Origin: an uncultured cyanobacterium | Lineage (GTDB): Bacteria > Cyanobacteriota > Cyanobacteriia > Cyanobacteriales > CAWUOF01 | Direction: 5' to 3' | Length of the DNA stretch: 64,000 nt | NCBI GenBank assembly: GCA_963744145.1 | Contig: CAVUSO010000001.1 | Span: forward strand, 7,570,711 to 7,634,710 | In this document: piece after piece, positions 53,856 to 64,000 of the stretch | Layout of the letters: each line of letters starts with the position of its first letter | How positions within the stretch are numbered: the stretch's first letter is position 1 | Program-made: the position numbers and the translations under genes | The notes under the pieces: generated by a model | Database searches by the model: none | Told to the model about the DNA's origin: nothing | The model's input: only the letters and a program-made list of their open reading frames with translations

Positions 53856-56800
53856 ATGGGTTTAGATAGTAATCAAAAAAAATCTAATTTAAGAGTTCGG
53901 ACTTGGCTAGGTTGTTTAGCCCAGTTGGGGATGATTTTATCTGGTAGTGTCATAGCCATAACAGATGGAGTCGCAGCTATTCCTAATGATAATACGGTGA
54001 ACGCACAACAGCCAAGTTCACCAAATATAGATAAAGCTAATGCTGATCGTCTTTTTGAAGAAGGACTGCAACTATATAAGCAACAGACAATTGAGTCTCG
54101 AAAAGAGGCGATTAAGAAGTGGGAAGAAGTAGGAAAAATCTATCATGACCTGGGCGATCGCTCTGGTGAAGCTAAGACCCTCAACAATATCGGCAATGTT
54201 TACTCAGATTTGGGAGAAAAGCAGAAGGCATTAGACTACTTCAATCAATCTTTGCCCCTATTCCGAGCCGTGGGCGATCGCGGTGGTGAAGCTACTACTC
54301 TCAATAATATCGGTAAAGTTTACAACGATTTAGGGGAAAAACAGCAAGCCTTGACCTACTATAATCAAGCCTTACCCCTACACCGGGCGGTGGGCGATCG
54401 CGGTGGTGAAGCTACTACTCTCAATAATATTGGGGCTGTTTACGATGATTTAGGGGAAAAACAGCAAGCCTTAACCTCCTATAATCAAGCCTTGTCCCTA
54501 TACCGGGCGGTGGGCGATCGCTATGGTGAAGCTAATACCCTCAATAATATTGGTAAAATTTACGATGATTTAGGGAAAAAACAGCAAGCCTTAACCTACT
54601 ATAATCAAGCCTTGCCCCTAGAACGGACGGTGGGCGATCGCTCTGGTGAAGCTACTACTCTCAATAATATCGGTAACGTTTACTATAGTTTAGGGAAAAA
54701 ACAGCAAGCCTTAACCTACTATAATCAAGCCTTGCCCCTAAGACGGGCGGTGGGCGATCGCGGTGGTGAAGCCTATACCCTCAATAATATTGGTGGTGTT
54801 TACGATAGTTTAGGGGAAAACCAGCAAGCCTTAACCTACTATAATCAAGCCTTGCCCCTATTCCGGGCGGTGGGCGATCGCGGTGGTGAAGCTACTACTC
54901 TCAATAATATCGGTAAAGTTTACTATAGTTTAGGGAAAAAACAGCAAGCCTTAACCTACTTCAATCAAGCCTTGCCCCTAAGACGGGCGGTGGGCGATCG
55001 CACTGGTGAAGCTACTACCCTCAATAATATTGGTTTAGTTTACTCAAATTTAGGGGAAAACCAGCAAGCCTTAACCTACTATAATCAAGCCTTGCCCCTA
55101 CACCGGGCGGTGGGCAATCGCACTGGTGAAGCTACTACCCTCAATAATATTGGTTTAGTTTACTCAAGTTTAGGGAAAAAACAGCAAGCCTTAACCTCCT
55201 ATAATCAAGCCTTGCCCCTATTCCGGGCGGTGGGCAATCGCACTGGTGAAGCTACTACTCTCAATAATATTGGTGCTGTTTACTCAGATTTAGGGAAAAA
55301 ACAGCAAGCCTTAACCTACTATAATCAAGCCTTGCCCCTACTTCGGGCGGTGGGCAATCGCACTGTTGAAGCTACTACCCTCAATAATATTGGTAAAGTT
55401 TACTCAGATTTAGGGGAAAACCAGCAAGCCTTAACCTCCTATAATCAAGCCTTGCCCCTAGAACGGACGGTGGGCGATCGCACTGGTGAAGCTACTACCC
55501 TCAATAATATTGGTAAAGTTTACTCAGATTTAGGGGAAAACCAGCAAGCCTTAACCTCCTATAATCAAGCCTTGCCCCTACTTCGGGCGGTGAGCGATCG
55601 CACTCGTGAAGCTATTACCCTCAATAATATTGGTGGTGTTTACTCAAGTTTAGGGGAAAAACAGCAAGCCTTAACCTCCTATAATCAAGCCTTGACCCTA
55701 GCACGGGCGGTGGGCGATCGCGCTGGTGAAGCTACTACCCTCTCTAATATTGGTAAAGTTTATGATGATTTAGGGGAAAAACAGCAAGCCTTAACCTACT
55801 ATAATCAAGCCTTGCCCCTAAGACGAGAGGTGAGCGATCGCGATGGTGAAGCTGCTACCCTCAATAATATTGGTGGTGTTTACTATAGTTTAGGGGAAAA
55901 ACAGCAAGCCTTAACCTACTTCAATCAAGCCTTGCCCCTATTACGGGCGGTGGGCGATCGCGCTGGTGAAGCTACTACCCTCAATAATATTGGTGGTGTT
56001 TACTCGAGTTTAGGGGAAAAACAGCAAGCCTTAACCTATTTCAATCAAGCCTTGCCCCTACACAGGGCGGTGGGCGATCGCACTGGTGAAGCTGCTACTC
56101 TCAATAATATTGGTGGTGTTTACGATAGTTTAGGGGGAAAACAGCAAGCCTTAACCTCCTATAATCAAGCATTGCCCCTATTCCGGGCGGTGGGCGATCG
56201 CGCTGGTGAAGCTACTACCCTCTCTAATATTGGTAAAGTTTATGATGATTTAGGGGAAAAACAGCAAGCCTTAACCTCCTATAATCAAGCATTGCCTCTA
56301 AGACATGCGGTGGGCGATCGCGCTGGTGAAGCTACTACCCTCAATAATATTGGTAGTGTTTACTCGAGTTTAGGGGAAAAACAGCAAGCCTTAACCTCCT
56401 ATAATCAAGCATTGCCCCTATTACGGGCGGTGGGCGATCGCGCTGATGAAGCTACTACTCTCAATAATATTGGTAGTGTTTACGATAGTTTAGGGGAAAA
56501 ACAGCAAGCCTTAATCTACTATAATCAAGCTTTACCCCTACACCGGGCGGTGGGCGATCGCACTGGTGAAGCTACTACCCTCAATAATATTGGTTTTGTT
56601 TACGATAGTTTAGGGGAAAAACAGCAAGCCTTAACCTCCTATAATCAAGCCTTGACCCTACACCGGGCGGTGGGCGATCGCGGTGGTGAAGCTACTACCC
56701 TCAATAATATTGGTAAAGTTTATGATGATTTAGGGGAAAAACAGCAAGCCTTAACCTCCTATAATCAAGCCTTGCCCCTATTCCGGGCGGTGGGCAATCG

Positions 56801-59123
56801 CACTGGTGAAGCTACTACCCTCTCTAATATTGGTTTTGTTTACGATAGTTTAGGGGAAAAACAGCAAGCCTTAACCTACTATAATCAAGCCTTGCCCCTA
56901 CACCGGGCGGTGGGCGATCGCACTGGTGAAGCTACTACCCTCAATAATATTGGTAAAGTTCACTTAAATTTAGGGGAAAACCAGCAAGCCTTAACCTCCT
57001 ATAATCAAGCCTTGCCCCTAACACGGGCGGTGGGCGATCGCGCTGATGAAGCTACTATCCTCTCTAATATTGGTGCTGTTTACTCAGATTTAGGGGAAAA
57101 CCAGCAAGCATTAACCTACTATAATCAAGCCTTGCCCCTAACACGGGCGGTGGGCAATCGCGCTGGTGCAGCTATTACCCTCAATAATATTGGTAAAGTT
57201 TACTCAAATTTAGGGGAAAACCAGCAAGCCTTAACCTACTATAATCAAGCCTTGCCCCTAACACGGGCGGTGGGCGATCGCGCTGGTGAAGCTACTATCC
57301 TCTCTAATATTGGTAAAGTTTACTCAGATTTAGGGGAAAACCAGCAAGCCTTAACCTCCTATAATCAAGCCTTGCCCCTACACCGGGCGGTGGGCAATCG
57401 CGCTGGTGAAGCTATTACCCTATATAATCTAGCTCGGCTAAAGCGTAGTCAGGGCAATCTGAAAGAAAGCCTCTCTGACATTGAAAATGCAGTACATATT
57501 ATTGAAGACCTTCGCACTAAAATTGCTAGCCCAGACTCCCGCACTTCCTACTTTGCTACAGTGCAAGATTATTACAAGTTTTATATTGACTTACTCATGC
57601 AGTTGCACAAACAACACCCCTCCCAAGGATTTGATGCTCAAGCACTAGAAGCTAGCGATCGCTCTCGGGCCCGTGGATTAATTGAACTCTTAACAGAAGC
57701 TAAAGCTAAAATTACTACTGGAGTAGACCCGAAATTATTAGAACAGGAACAAAATATACAATTCAAAATTGATGCTTTTGAAAAAAATCGCCTAAAAATT
57801 CTCAATGGTAATCCTACCCAAGAACAAAAAGATGAGCTAGAACAACAAAATGTTAAACTTTCAGAAGAATACAATTCTATTCGCGATCGCATTCGTGTGG
57901 CTAGCCCCAGTTACGCCAGTTTAAAATATCCTCAGCCTCTCACTCTAGCAGAAATTCAACAAAACGTTCTTGATGACAATACTTTGTTGCTGCAATATTC
58001 TTTGGGAAGCGATCGCAGTTACATCTGGGCAGTAACCAAAACCGAGATTACCAGTTATGAACTCTCCAAAGGAGAAAAAGAAATAGAGAAATTAGCCAAG
58101 GATTTTATAAACCAAATAAGTGGTCCCAGTGGCATCGACGCTAATCTTCTATATAACATTGAAACTGCTAACCAACTCAGTGAAGCAATCCTCAAACCAG
58201 TAGCAGCAAAATTAGGTAATAAACGTCTACTCATTGTTGGAGATGGAGTCTTACAAACTATCCCCTTTAGCGTCTTAGCGACACCAGGAAAAACCCAATA
58301 TACGCCCTTACTGGTAGACCATGAAATAGTCATGTCCCCATCCGCATCTACCATCTCTATTATCAGAAGCGATCGCGCCACCCACCAAATAGCATCAAAA
58401 CTATTAGCGATGTTTGCCGATCCTGTATTTAATAACAATAATGATCAACGTTTTGGTAATACTCCATCGAGCCATACAGCAGAAAATAATCAAGACAGAG
58501 GTAGAACAGGGGAATTAGAGAGAGCTATAAGAGATATTGGAGGAAACTTAAAACGATTACCTTATACCAGAACAGAAGCTGATAGCATTATGGCCATATT
58601 GGATAGTAAAGACCAGGGGCAAGAATTATTAGATTTTAGTGCTAATCTTAATGCTGTTAATAGTCCCACGCTCAACCAATATCAAATTGTCCATTTCGCT
58701 ACTCACGGTATTATTGATAATAAACATCCAGAATTATCAGGAATTGTTTTATCTCTGTATGATCAGCAAGGAAATCCTCAAAACGGCTATTTACGATTGA
58801 ATGAGATATTTAACCTCCAATTAAATGCTGAATTAGTAGTCTTAAGTGCTTGTGAGACAGGATTAGGAACAGAAGTAAAAGGAGAAGGATTAGTCGGATT
58901 AACTAGGGGATTTATGTATGCGGGATCTCCAAGGGTTTTAGTATCACTATGGAGTGTAGAAGATAAAGCTACGGCGGAACTAATGAAGAAATTTTACCAA
59001 AAGATGCTGCAAGAAAAACTAACCCCAGCAGCAGCTTTGAGAGCCGCACAAATTGATATGTGGAACAAGCAATATACCCCCTATTATTGGGCGGCTTTTA
59101 CGCTGCAAGGTGAATGGAATTAA
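53856..59123 (+). CDS. TPR-repeat CHAT (caspase/HetF-like) protease with N-terminal signal
   Basis: GGAGGAG RBS; hydrophobic N-terminus; 27 40-aa TPR repeats; CHAT dyad VHFATHG and [16 protein letters not shown] terminus. Confidence 0.92.
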   Translation: MGLDSNQKKSNLRVRTWLGCLAQLGMILSGSVIAITDGVAAIPNDNTVNAQQPSSPNIDKANADRLFEEGLQLYKQQTIESRKEAIKKWEEVGKIYHDLGDRSGEAKTLNNIGNVYSDLGEKQKALDYFNQSLPLFRAVGDRGGEATTLNNIGKVYNDLGEKQQALTYYNQALPLHRAVGDRGGEATTLNNIGAVYDDLGEKQQALTSYNQALSLYRAVGDRYGEANTLNNIGKIYDDLGKKQQALTYYNQALPLERTVGDRSGEATTLNNIGNVYYSLGKKQQALTYYNQALPLRRAVGDRGGEAYTLNNIGGVYDSLGENQQALTYYNQALPLFRAVGDRGGEATTLNNIGKVYYSLGKKQQALTYFNQALPLRRAVGDRTGEATTLNNIGLVYSNLGENQQALTYYNQALPLHRAVGNRTGEATTLNNIGLVYSSLGKKQQALTSYNQALPLFRAVGNRTGEATTLNNIGAVYSDLGKKQQALTYYNQALPLLRAVGNRTVEATTLNNIGKVYSDLGENQQALTSYNQALPLERTVGDRTGEATTLNNIGKVYSDLGENQQALTSYNQALPLLRAVSDRTREAITLNNIGGVYSSLGEKQQALTSYNQALTLARAVGDRAGEATTLSNIGKVYDDLGEKQQALTYYNQALPLRREVSDRDGEAATLNNIGGVYYSLGEKQQALTYFNQALPLLRAVGDRAGEATTLNNIGGVYSSLGEKQQALTYFNQALPLHRAVGDRTGEAATLNNIGGVYDSLGGKQQALTSYNQALPLFRAVGDRAGEATTLSNIGKVYDDLGEKQQALTSYNQALPLRHAVGDRAGEATTLNNIGSVYSSLGEKQQALTSYNQALPLLRAVGDRADEATTLNNIGSVYDSLGEKQQALIYYNQALPLHRAVGDRTGEATTLNNIGFVYDSLGEKQQALTSYNQALTLHRAVGDRGGEATTLNNIGKVYDDLGEKQQALTSYNQALPLFRAVGNRTGEATTLSNIGFVYDSLGEKQQALTYYNQALPLHRAVGDRTGEATTLNNIGKVHLNLGENQQALTSYNQALPLTRAVGDRADEATILSNIGAVYSDLGENQQALTYYNQALPLTRAVGNRAGAAITLNNIGKVYSNLGENQQALTYYNQALPLTRAVGDRAGEATILSNIGKVYSDLGENQQALTSYNQALPLHRAVGNRAGEAITLYNLARLKRSQGNLKESLSDIENAVHIIEDLRTKIASPDSRTSYFATVQDYYKFYIDLLMQLHKQHPSQGFDAQALEASDRSRARGLIELLTEAKAKITTGVDPKLLEQEQNIQFKIDAFEKNRLKILNGNPTQEQKDELEQQNVKLSEEYNSIRDRIRVASPSYASLKYPQPLTLAEIQQNVLDDNTLLLQYSLGSDRSYIWAVTKTEITSYELSKGEKEIEKLAKDFINQISGPSGIDANLLYNIETANQLSEAILKPVAAKLGNKRLLIVGDGVLQTIPFSVLATPGKTQYTPLLVDHEIVMSPSASTISIIRSDRATHQIASKLLAMFADPVFNNNNDQRFGNTPSSHTAENNQDRGRTGELERAIRDIGGNLKRLPYTRTEADSIMAILDSKDQGQELLDFSANLNAVNSPTLNQYQIVHFATHGIIDNKHPELSGIVLSLYDQQGNPQNGYLRLNEIFNLQLNAELVVLSACETGLGTEVKGEGLVGLTRGFMYAGSPRVLVSLWSVEDKATAELMKKFYQKMLQEKLTPAAALRAAQIDMWNKQYTPYYWAAFTLQGEWN
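54150..57430 (+). repeat. 27 x 120-bp coding tandem repeat
   Basis: Exact 120-nt period with no indels (lines 54181 to 57421); most units carry a HIP1 site encoding GDR. Confidence 0.95.
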
Positions 59124-59437
59124 TGGTCAAAGATCCAATCTGGGGCAAAAGGATCTAATAAGCGTTCGTATTGGGCTAAGGGATTATTATCATTATCTTT
59201 CTGGGTAGCACGACTGGGAGTACAATCCCAAATCTCACAGATTAATTGCACCTTAGTTTTACCTACTGCTCTCCCATCTTTGATGAGCTGAAAAATTTCC
59301 TCATCAGTTGGTTCCTAGTGATCAACATTCTCCAGTGAAGCCTGTAGATGTTCAAACGATCGCACTCACTAAACAAGCGAGAGTGTGGTAAGATATATAA
59401 CATCTTAAATTGACCGATTTTTCTAAGAGGAAAATAT

Positions 59438-60016
59438 ATGGTATTAGTAGCGGAACAAGTCAAGCAAGGGAAAAAGCTATTCACTGTAGATGAATATCAT
59501 AAGATGAGTGAGGTGGGAATTCTGCATCCAGATGAGAGAGTAGAACTAATCGAAGGGGAAATAATTTACATGGCAGCAATGGGAACACCCCATAAATCAG
59601 GTTTAATTAGATTAGCCAGAATTTGTTTTAAAAATTTAGGGGAACGGGCAAGTATTACTATTCAAGTCCCGATTATTTTAAACGATCTATCAGAACCAGA
59701 ACCTGATATATCTTTACTGGTATTTGATCCTGATGATTATTCAGAAATTCCCCCTCAAGCCAAAGATGTTTATTTGTTTATTGAGGTTTCCCATACTACC
59801 CTTGACTATGACCACGATAAAGCAATTACATACTCAAAATCTGGGATAAAAGAACTTTGGATTATTAATATCAATGCTGATTTAATCGAGGTTTATCGCG
59901 ACCCCACTGATAAAGGTTATCAAACATTCATGGAGTTTAGACGTGGTGAATCTATTTCACCCTTAGCTTTTCCTGATTTGGTAATCACCGTTGATGAACT
60001 TTTGGGGAAAAAATAG
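59438..60016 (+). CDS. Uma2 family endonuclease
   Basis: FTVDEYHKM..ERVELIEGEI, SEPEPDI, FIEVSHTTL, GIKELWIIN. Confidence 0.88.
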   Translation: MVLVAEQVKQGKKLFTVDEYHKMSEVGILHPDERVELIEGEIIYMAAMGTPHKSGLIRLARICFKNLGERASITIQVPIILNDLSEPEPDISLLVFDPDDYSEIPPQAKDVYLFIEVSHTTLDYDHDKAITYSKSGIKELWIININADLIEVYRDPTDKGYQTFMEFRRGESISPLAFPDLVITVDELLGKK

Positions 60017-60107
60017 CGATCGCTCTCCATGAACAAGCGATGTCCCTAAAGAGTTGTTACGCGATCGCTCTCCATTAAACCAAAACGCGATCGCATTGTG
60101 ACTTTGA

Positions 60108-60614
60108 AAGAGTATCACTCGGGTCATCAATTCCAATTTAAAGCTATACCAAATTATTCATTTCGCGACCCACGGTTTTATCGATACGGAACATCCAGAA
60201 TTATCAAAAATTGTTTTATCTCAGTATGATCAGCAAGGACATGAACAAAACGGTAATTTATCATTAAATGATATATTTAACCTCCAATTAAATGCCGAGT
60301 TAGTAGTATTAAGTGCTTGTGAGACCGGATTAGGAAAAGACATCAAAGGAGAAGGATTAGTCGGATTAACTAGGGGATTTATGTATGCAGGGACTCCTCG
60401 TATTTTAGTATCACTATGGAGTGTAGATGATGAATCGACAGCGGAACTAATGGAGAAATTTTACCAAAAGATGCTCCACCAAAAGTTAACCCCAGCCGCT
60501 GCATTGAGAGCAACACAAATTGAAATGTGGCAACAGGAACAAAAGAACAACCATCAGAATAAAACGACTCCCTATTATTGGGCTGGTTTTACCATGCAAG
60601 GTGAATGGCGATAA
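60108..60614 (+). pseudogene. 5'-truncated CHAT domain paralog
   Basis: In-frame [32 protein letters not shown], similar to 58680-59123; TGA at 60105 and no start before the His motif. Confidence 0.8.
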
Positions 60615-60998
60615 GATGATAGTTTTGAGGAAACGATCAGTTTTTCTCTCTTGGCGATTCGACCGAGGAGAGGCTACGGCGCTGATTAACTTCAGGAAAA
60701 TGCGCTCCTCCAATGGGAGTCGCTACGCGCTCAACCTAGGGGGAATATTGATGGCGATCGCCATCGGCAAATCTAATCTATTTGAGAATAAATGCGAGCT
60801 AAATTTACCATAATTAATGCGATTGTATCTATCTAGTAAATATAAATTTTATTGATTTAGCAAATTTTTTGGCGATCGCGGTCAACAAAGAGTAATTGAG
60901 GGTATATTGGATTATCAAGTGCGAAATATGAGTTGAACCATTGCTACAACATACCTAGATTGATTGTTCTAGCTAATTTTCTCAATTTTTGAATGGGG

Positions 60999-61180
60999 TT
61001 TTCCGATTTTCGGTAAAAGTGTTTCCAAAGATAGTAAGTCATCTTTCCCCAAATGCTATTGAATTGATTAAGGTGAAATTTTAAGATGTTTAACAAGAAG
61101 AAAACGGTTAAGTAATTAACAAGTTTCTTTGCCCATGTAGTCAAAATTCTGATGTAATTTTTACCCAAAACTGAGGCATC
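60999..61180 (+). promoter_or_regulatory. promoter module copy D
   Basis: Same boxes; TTGAAT(61059)-17nt-TAAGAT(61082); leader matches copy B up to its RBS/ATG but is followed by a stop. Confidence 0.7.
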
Positions 61181-61279
61181 AATGATGAATTAAATAGACA
61201 GAAGATGGCGATATAATTGCCGCACTCACTGTTACCCGTAAGATACATACTACAAACCAATAAGGAAGGAGATAAAACT

Positions 61280-61723
61280 ATGACTTTCAACAATACCGCC
61301 CAAAATAAAACTCAAGCCATCAACGAACAAATTGAATCGGCAAAATTAGGCAAAGGAGATAAAACTAGGATTTTCAACAGTACCATTCAAAATAAAATTC
61401 AAGCCATCAACGAACAAATTGAATCGGAAAAATTAGACAAAGTAGTTAAGCTATCTCGGCTAAATCTTTGGGCTGCTATTATCTTCAGTGCGATCTTGCC
61501 TATTAGCGGTTACATCTACACAAGACGCTGGCTATCTTTTTTCGGGCTTATGTTAGGAGGAGTTGTCATTTCCATGGCTGTTCACGCTGTCGAACCCAAA
61601 CAAAAGCAAGCTAATTCAATGGCAGAAGTCTTTTGTATGCTATACGGCTCTATTGTTGCACCAATCGATAATGCTCGTGCGATCGCCCGTGCTCGCGAAA
61701 GGATTAGTGACTTATCTCAGTAA
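61280..61723 (+). CDS. hypothetical membrane protein with 87-bp N-terminal duplication
   Basis: AGGAG RBS; GYIYTRRW plus hydrophobic segments; AIARARERI terminus. Confidence 0.65.
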   Translation: MTFNNTAQNKTQAINEQIESAKLGKGDKTRIFNSTIQNKIQAINEQIESEKLDKVVKLSRLNLWAAIIFSAILPISGYIYTRRWLSFFGLMLGGVVISMAVHAVEPKQKQANSMAEVFCMLYGSIVAPIDNARAIARARERISDLSQ

Positions 61724-61818
61724 AAATTTAAGCATGAAAATAGCTAATCTTTCAAATAACTCCTGTTTCCTAGAAGCAGGGGTTTTGCTATTTACAGCAC
61801 TCTCTATTTTGAATGGGG

Positions 61819-61975
61819 TTTTCCAATTTTCGGTAAAAGTATTTCCAAAAATAGTAAGTCATCTTTCCCCAAATGCTATTGAACCTATTAAGGTGAAATT
61901 TTAAGATGTTTAACAAGAAGAAAACGGTTAAGTAATTAACAAGTTTCTTTACTCATGTAGTCACAACTCTGATGT
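61819..61975 (+). promoter_or_regulatory. promoter module copy E
   Basis: Same boxes; TTGAAC(61879)-17nt-TAAGAT(61902). Confidence 0.7.
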
Positions 61976-62180
61976 AATTCCATTGATGACGATTTTTTGA
62001 GAGACGCGATCGCACTTCTTGGTTCCTCCCACTAGAGATGGCGATCGCGGCTCATTACTGAAACATGATCAACAACAGGTAGTAAAATATGATGACTCAA
62101 GCTAAGTTATTTCAAATCTGATGGTGGTAGTTGCTATACCAATGGTGACCTGATCCGCTCAGAAAACCTTAGCTACACCA

Positions 62181-62293
62181 GGCGTTGCTGATTTACGGTA
62201 TGAATAAATAATTTGTAGGGGCGCATGGCCATGCGCCCTGGGCGTATTGCTATACGCCCCTACAGGATTTTCATACCCTGATTAAGCAACGCC
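62181..62293. mobile_element. 113-bp MITE with 9-bp target duplication
   Basis: 24-bp imperfect TIR GGCGTTGCT.A.T.A.GGTATGAA; TSD GCTACACCA at 62172-62180 and 62294-62302; internal GTAGGGGCG..CGCCCCTAC hairpins. Confidence 0.8.
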
Positions 62294-62379
62294 GCTACAC
62301 CATTAGATTCTCTAAGCAACCTGGCATCAAAACCAGAATCTTGATAAAATCAACATAAAATAACCAAAGGTAGTCTTGT

Positions 62380-62922
62380 ATGACAACCCTAGTCAATGAC
62401 ACCAAATTATCTCCAGACTTAGTTATCTCCTGGGAAGCATTACCAGATGATTTTGAATTAGAAGATGAACCTGTGGAAAATACTGGACAGCCATTATTAG
62501 CTGGAGCTTTACGGGAAAGCTTAGAAATCTCTGGTTTTATTCAACCACAAATGTTAATCGCTTCTAATTTTGGGATTTGTGCTACTCTCAATGGAGAATT
62601 TATGCCCAAAGCCCCAGATTGGGTCTATATTGCCTCGGTCAAAGAAATATTAGCTGAACGTCCTAGTTACACCCCCCATTTAGAAGGAGAAATTCCCACT
62701 CTAGTGATGGAATTTTTATCAAACAAAAATGGAGAAAAATATTCAGTAAAACGGACTTATCCACCAGGAAAATGGTTTTTTTACGAACAGATATTGCAAG
62801 TACCGATTTATGTAATCTTCGAGCCAGATGGAGGATTATTAGAATATTATCAATTAGAAAATGAGCGTTATCAATTAAAACAACCGGATGAGAATGGTCG
62901 TCATTGGATCGAGGAAAAATAG
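62380..62922 (+). pseudogene. Uma2 family endonuclease, C-terminally truncated
   Basis: PVENTGQP, KAPDWVY, VMEFLS, GKWFFYEQILQVP; ends abruptly at GRHWIEEK without the usual LGxWxG..WLRW tail. Confidence 0.7.
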
Positions 62923-62997
62923 TCGATGGATGTGCTGGAAAATTCAAATATTACCAACCGGAATTAGTGATAATTAATTAGGGTCAATGGAGGAGTT

Positions 62998-64000
62998 ATG
63001 GGTTTAGATAGTAATCAAAAAAAATCTAATTTAAGAGTTCGGAGATGGTTAAGTTATTTAGCTTATTCGGGGATGATTTTATCTGGTAGTGTAATCCCCA
63101 TAACAGATGGAGCAACAGCTAGTCTTAAGAATAATCCGATCCTCATGGGTCATCGCGATGCGATCGCCCAACAGCCAACTTCATCAAATATAGATAAAGC
63201 TAAAGCTGATCGTCTTTTCAAAGAAGGACAGCAACTATTAAAAGCAGGAATCGAATCGAAAAAAGAGGCGATTAAGAAGTTTGAAGAAGCGGAGAAAATC
63301 TACCATGACCTGGGCGATCGCTCCAATGAAGCTCTTACCCTAAAAAATCTTGGCACTGCCTACTATGATTTGAAGGAAAATCAGAAATCATTAGAATATT
63401 ATAATAAATCTTTGCTTCTATATCAGACAATTGGTGATCGAGATGGAATCGCTAGAAATCTCAATAATATCGGTAATGTTTACAAAGATTTGGGGGAAAA
63501 ACAGAAAGCCTTAGACTACTATAATCGGTCTTTGTCCCTCTCTCGGGCAGTGGGCGATCGCGATGGAATGCTATAAATCTCAATAATATCGGTAGTGTTT
63601 ACGACAAGATTTGGGGGAAAAACAGAAAGCCTTAGACTACTATAATCGGTCTTTGTCCCTCTCTCGGGCAGTGGGCGATCGCGAACTTGAAGCTATTACT
63701 CTCCCTAATATCGGCAATGTTTACGACGATTTGGGGGAAAAGCAGAAAGCCTTAGACTCCTATAATCAGTCATTGTCCATCTCTCGGACGCTGGGCGATC
63801 ATAGTCAGGAAGCTTTCACCCTCCTTCAGATCGGCAATGTTTACCAGGGTTTAAGGGAAAAGCAGAAAGCCTTAGACTATTATGAATCAATCTTTAGCCC
63901 TCTCTCGGACGCTGGGCGATCATAATGGTGAAGCTCTCACCCTCCTTGGTATCGGCAATACTTACAGTATTTTAGGGGAAAATCAGAAAGCCTTAGACTA
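62998..64000 (+). pseudogene. second TPR(-CHAT) paralog with multiple frameshifts (runs off window)
   Basis: Same N-terminus [15 protein letters not shown] and RBS as the 53856 gene; indels near 63570, 63605 and 63885-63897. Confidence 0.72.

Noticed and set aside
54150..57430. Diversity-generating retroelement target
   Set aside because: No reverse transcriptase or template repeat in the window, and the variation is not adenine-specific.
60037..60068. HIP1-inserted very small repeat (SDR5-like)
   Set aside because: The pattern gcga..tacgcgatcgc is suggestive, but degenerate and without a close second copy to confirm.

Overview
Cyanobacterial chromosome segment (AT-rich, dense HIP1 GCGATCGC octamers). 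About 1-42 kb is mostly core genome: aspC, TIGR01777, iscA, a polar amino-acid ABC transporter, trmB, a PMT glycosyltransferase, trpD, carA, STAS-mrnC-rlmB, an MFS pump, dnaE and gatA. The dnaE gene is a single contiguous, intein-free ORF (AEY|CFN junction intact), unlike the usual split-intein cyanobacterial gene. About 42-64 kb is a rearranged accessory island holding several Uma2 genes, an intact IS4 element, three MITE types and many gene remnants. It also holds a set of genes (NarL-type response regulator, DUF1565, DUF928, a small secreted protein, a Cys-rich membrane protein, a 1755-aa signal-peptide/27xTPR/CHAT caspase-like protease and decayed paralogs) preceded by seven copies of a shared palindromic-box promoter module, suggesting a self-contained regulon. 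A 7x124-bp tandem array at 22.1-23.1 kb is an amplified IS4-type MITE, not CRISPR. No rRNA, tRNA or CRISPR was recognised. Family assignments come from motif recognition only; no searches were run.
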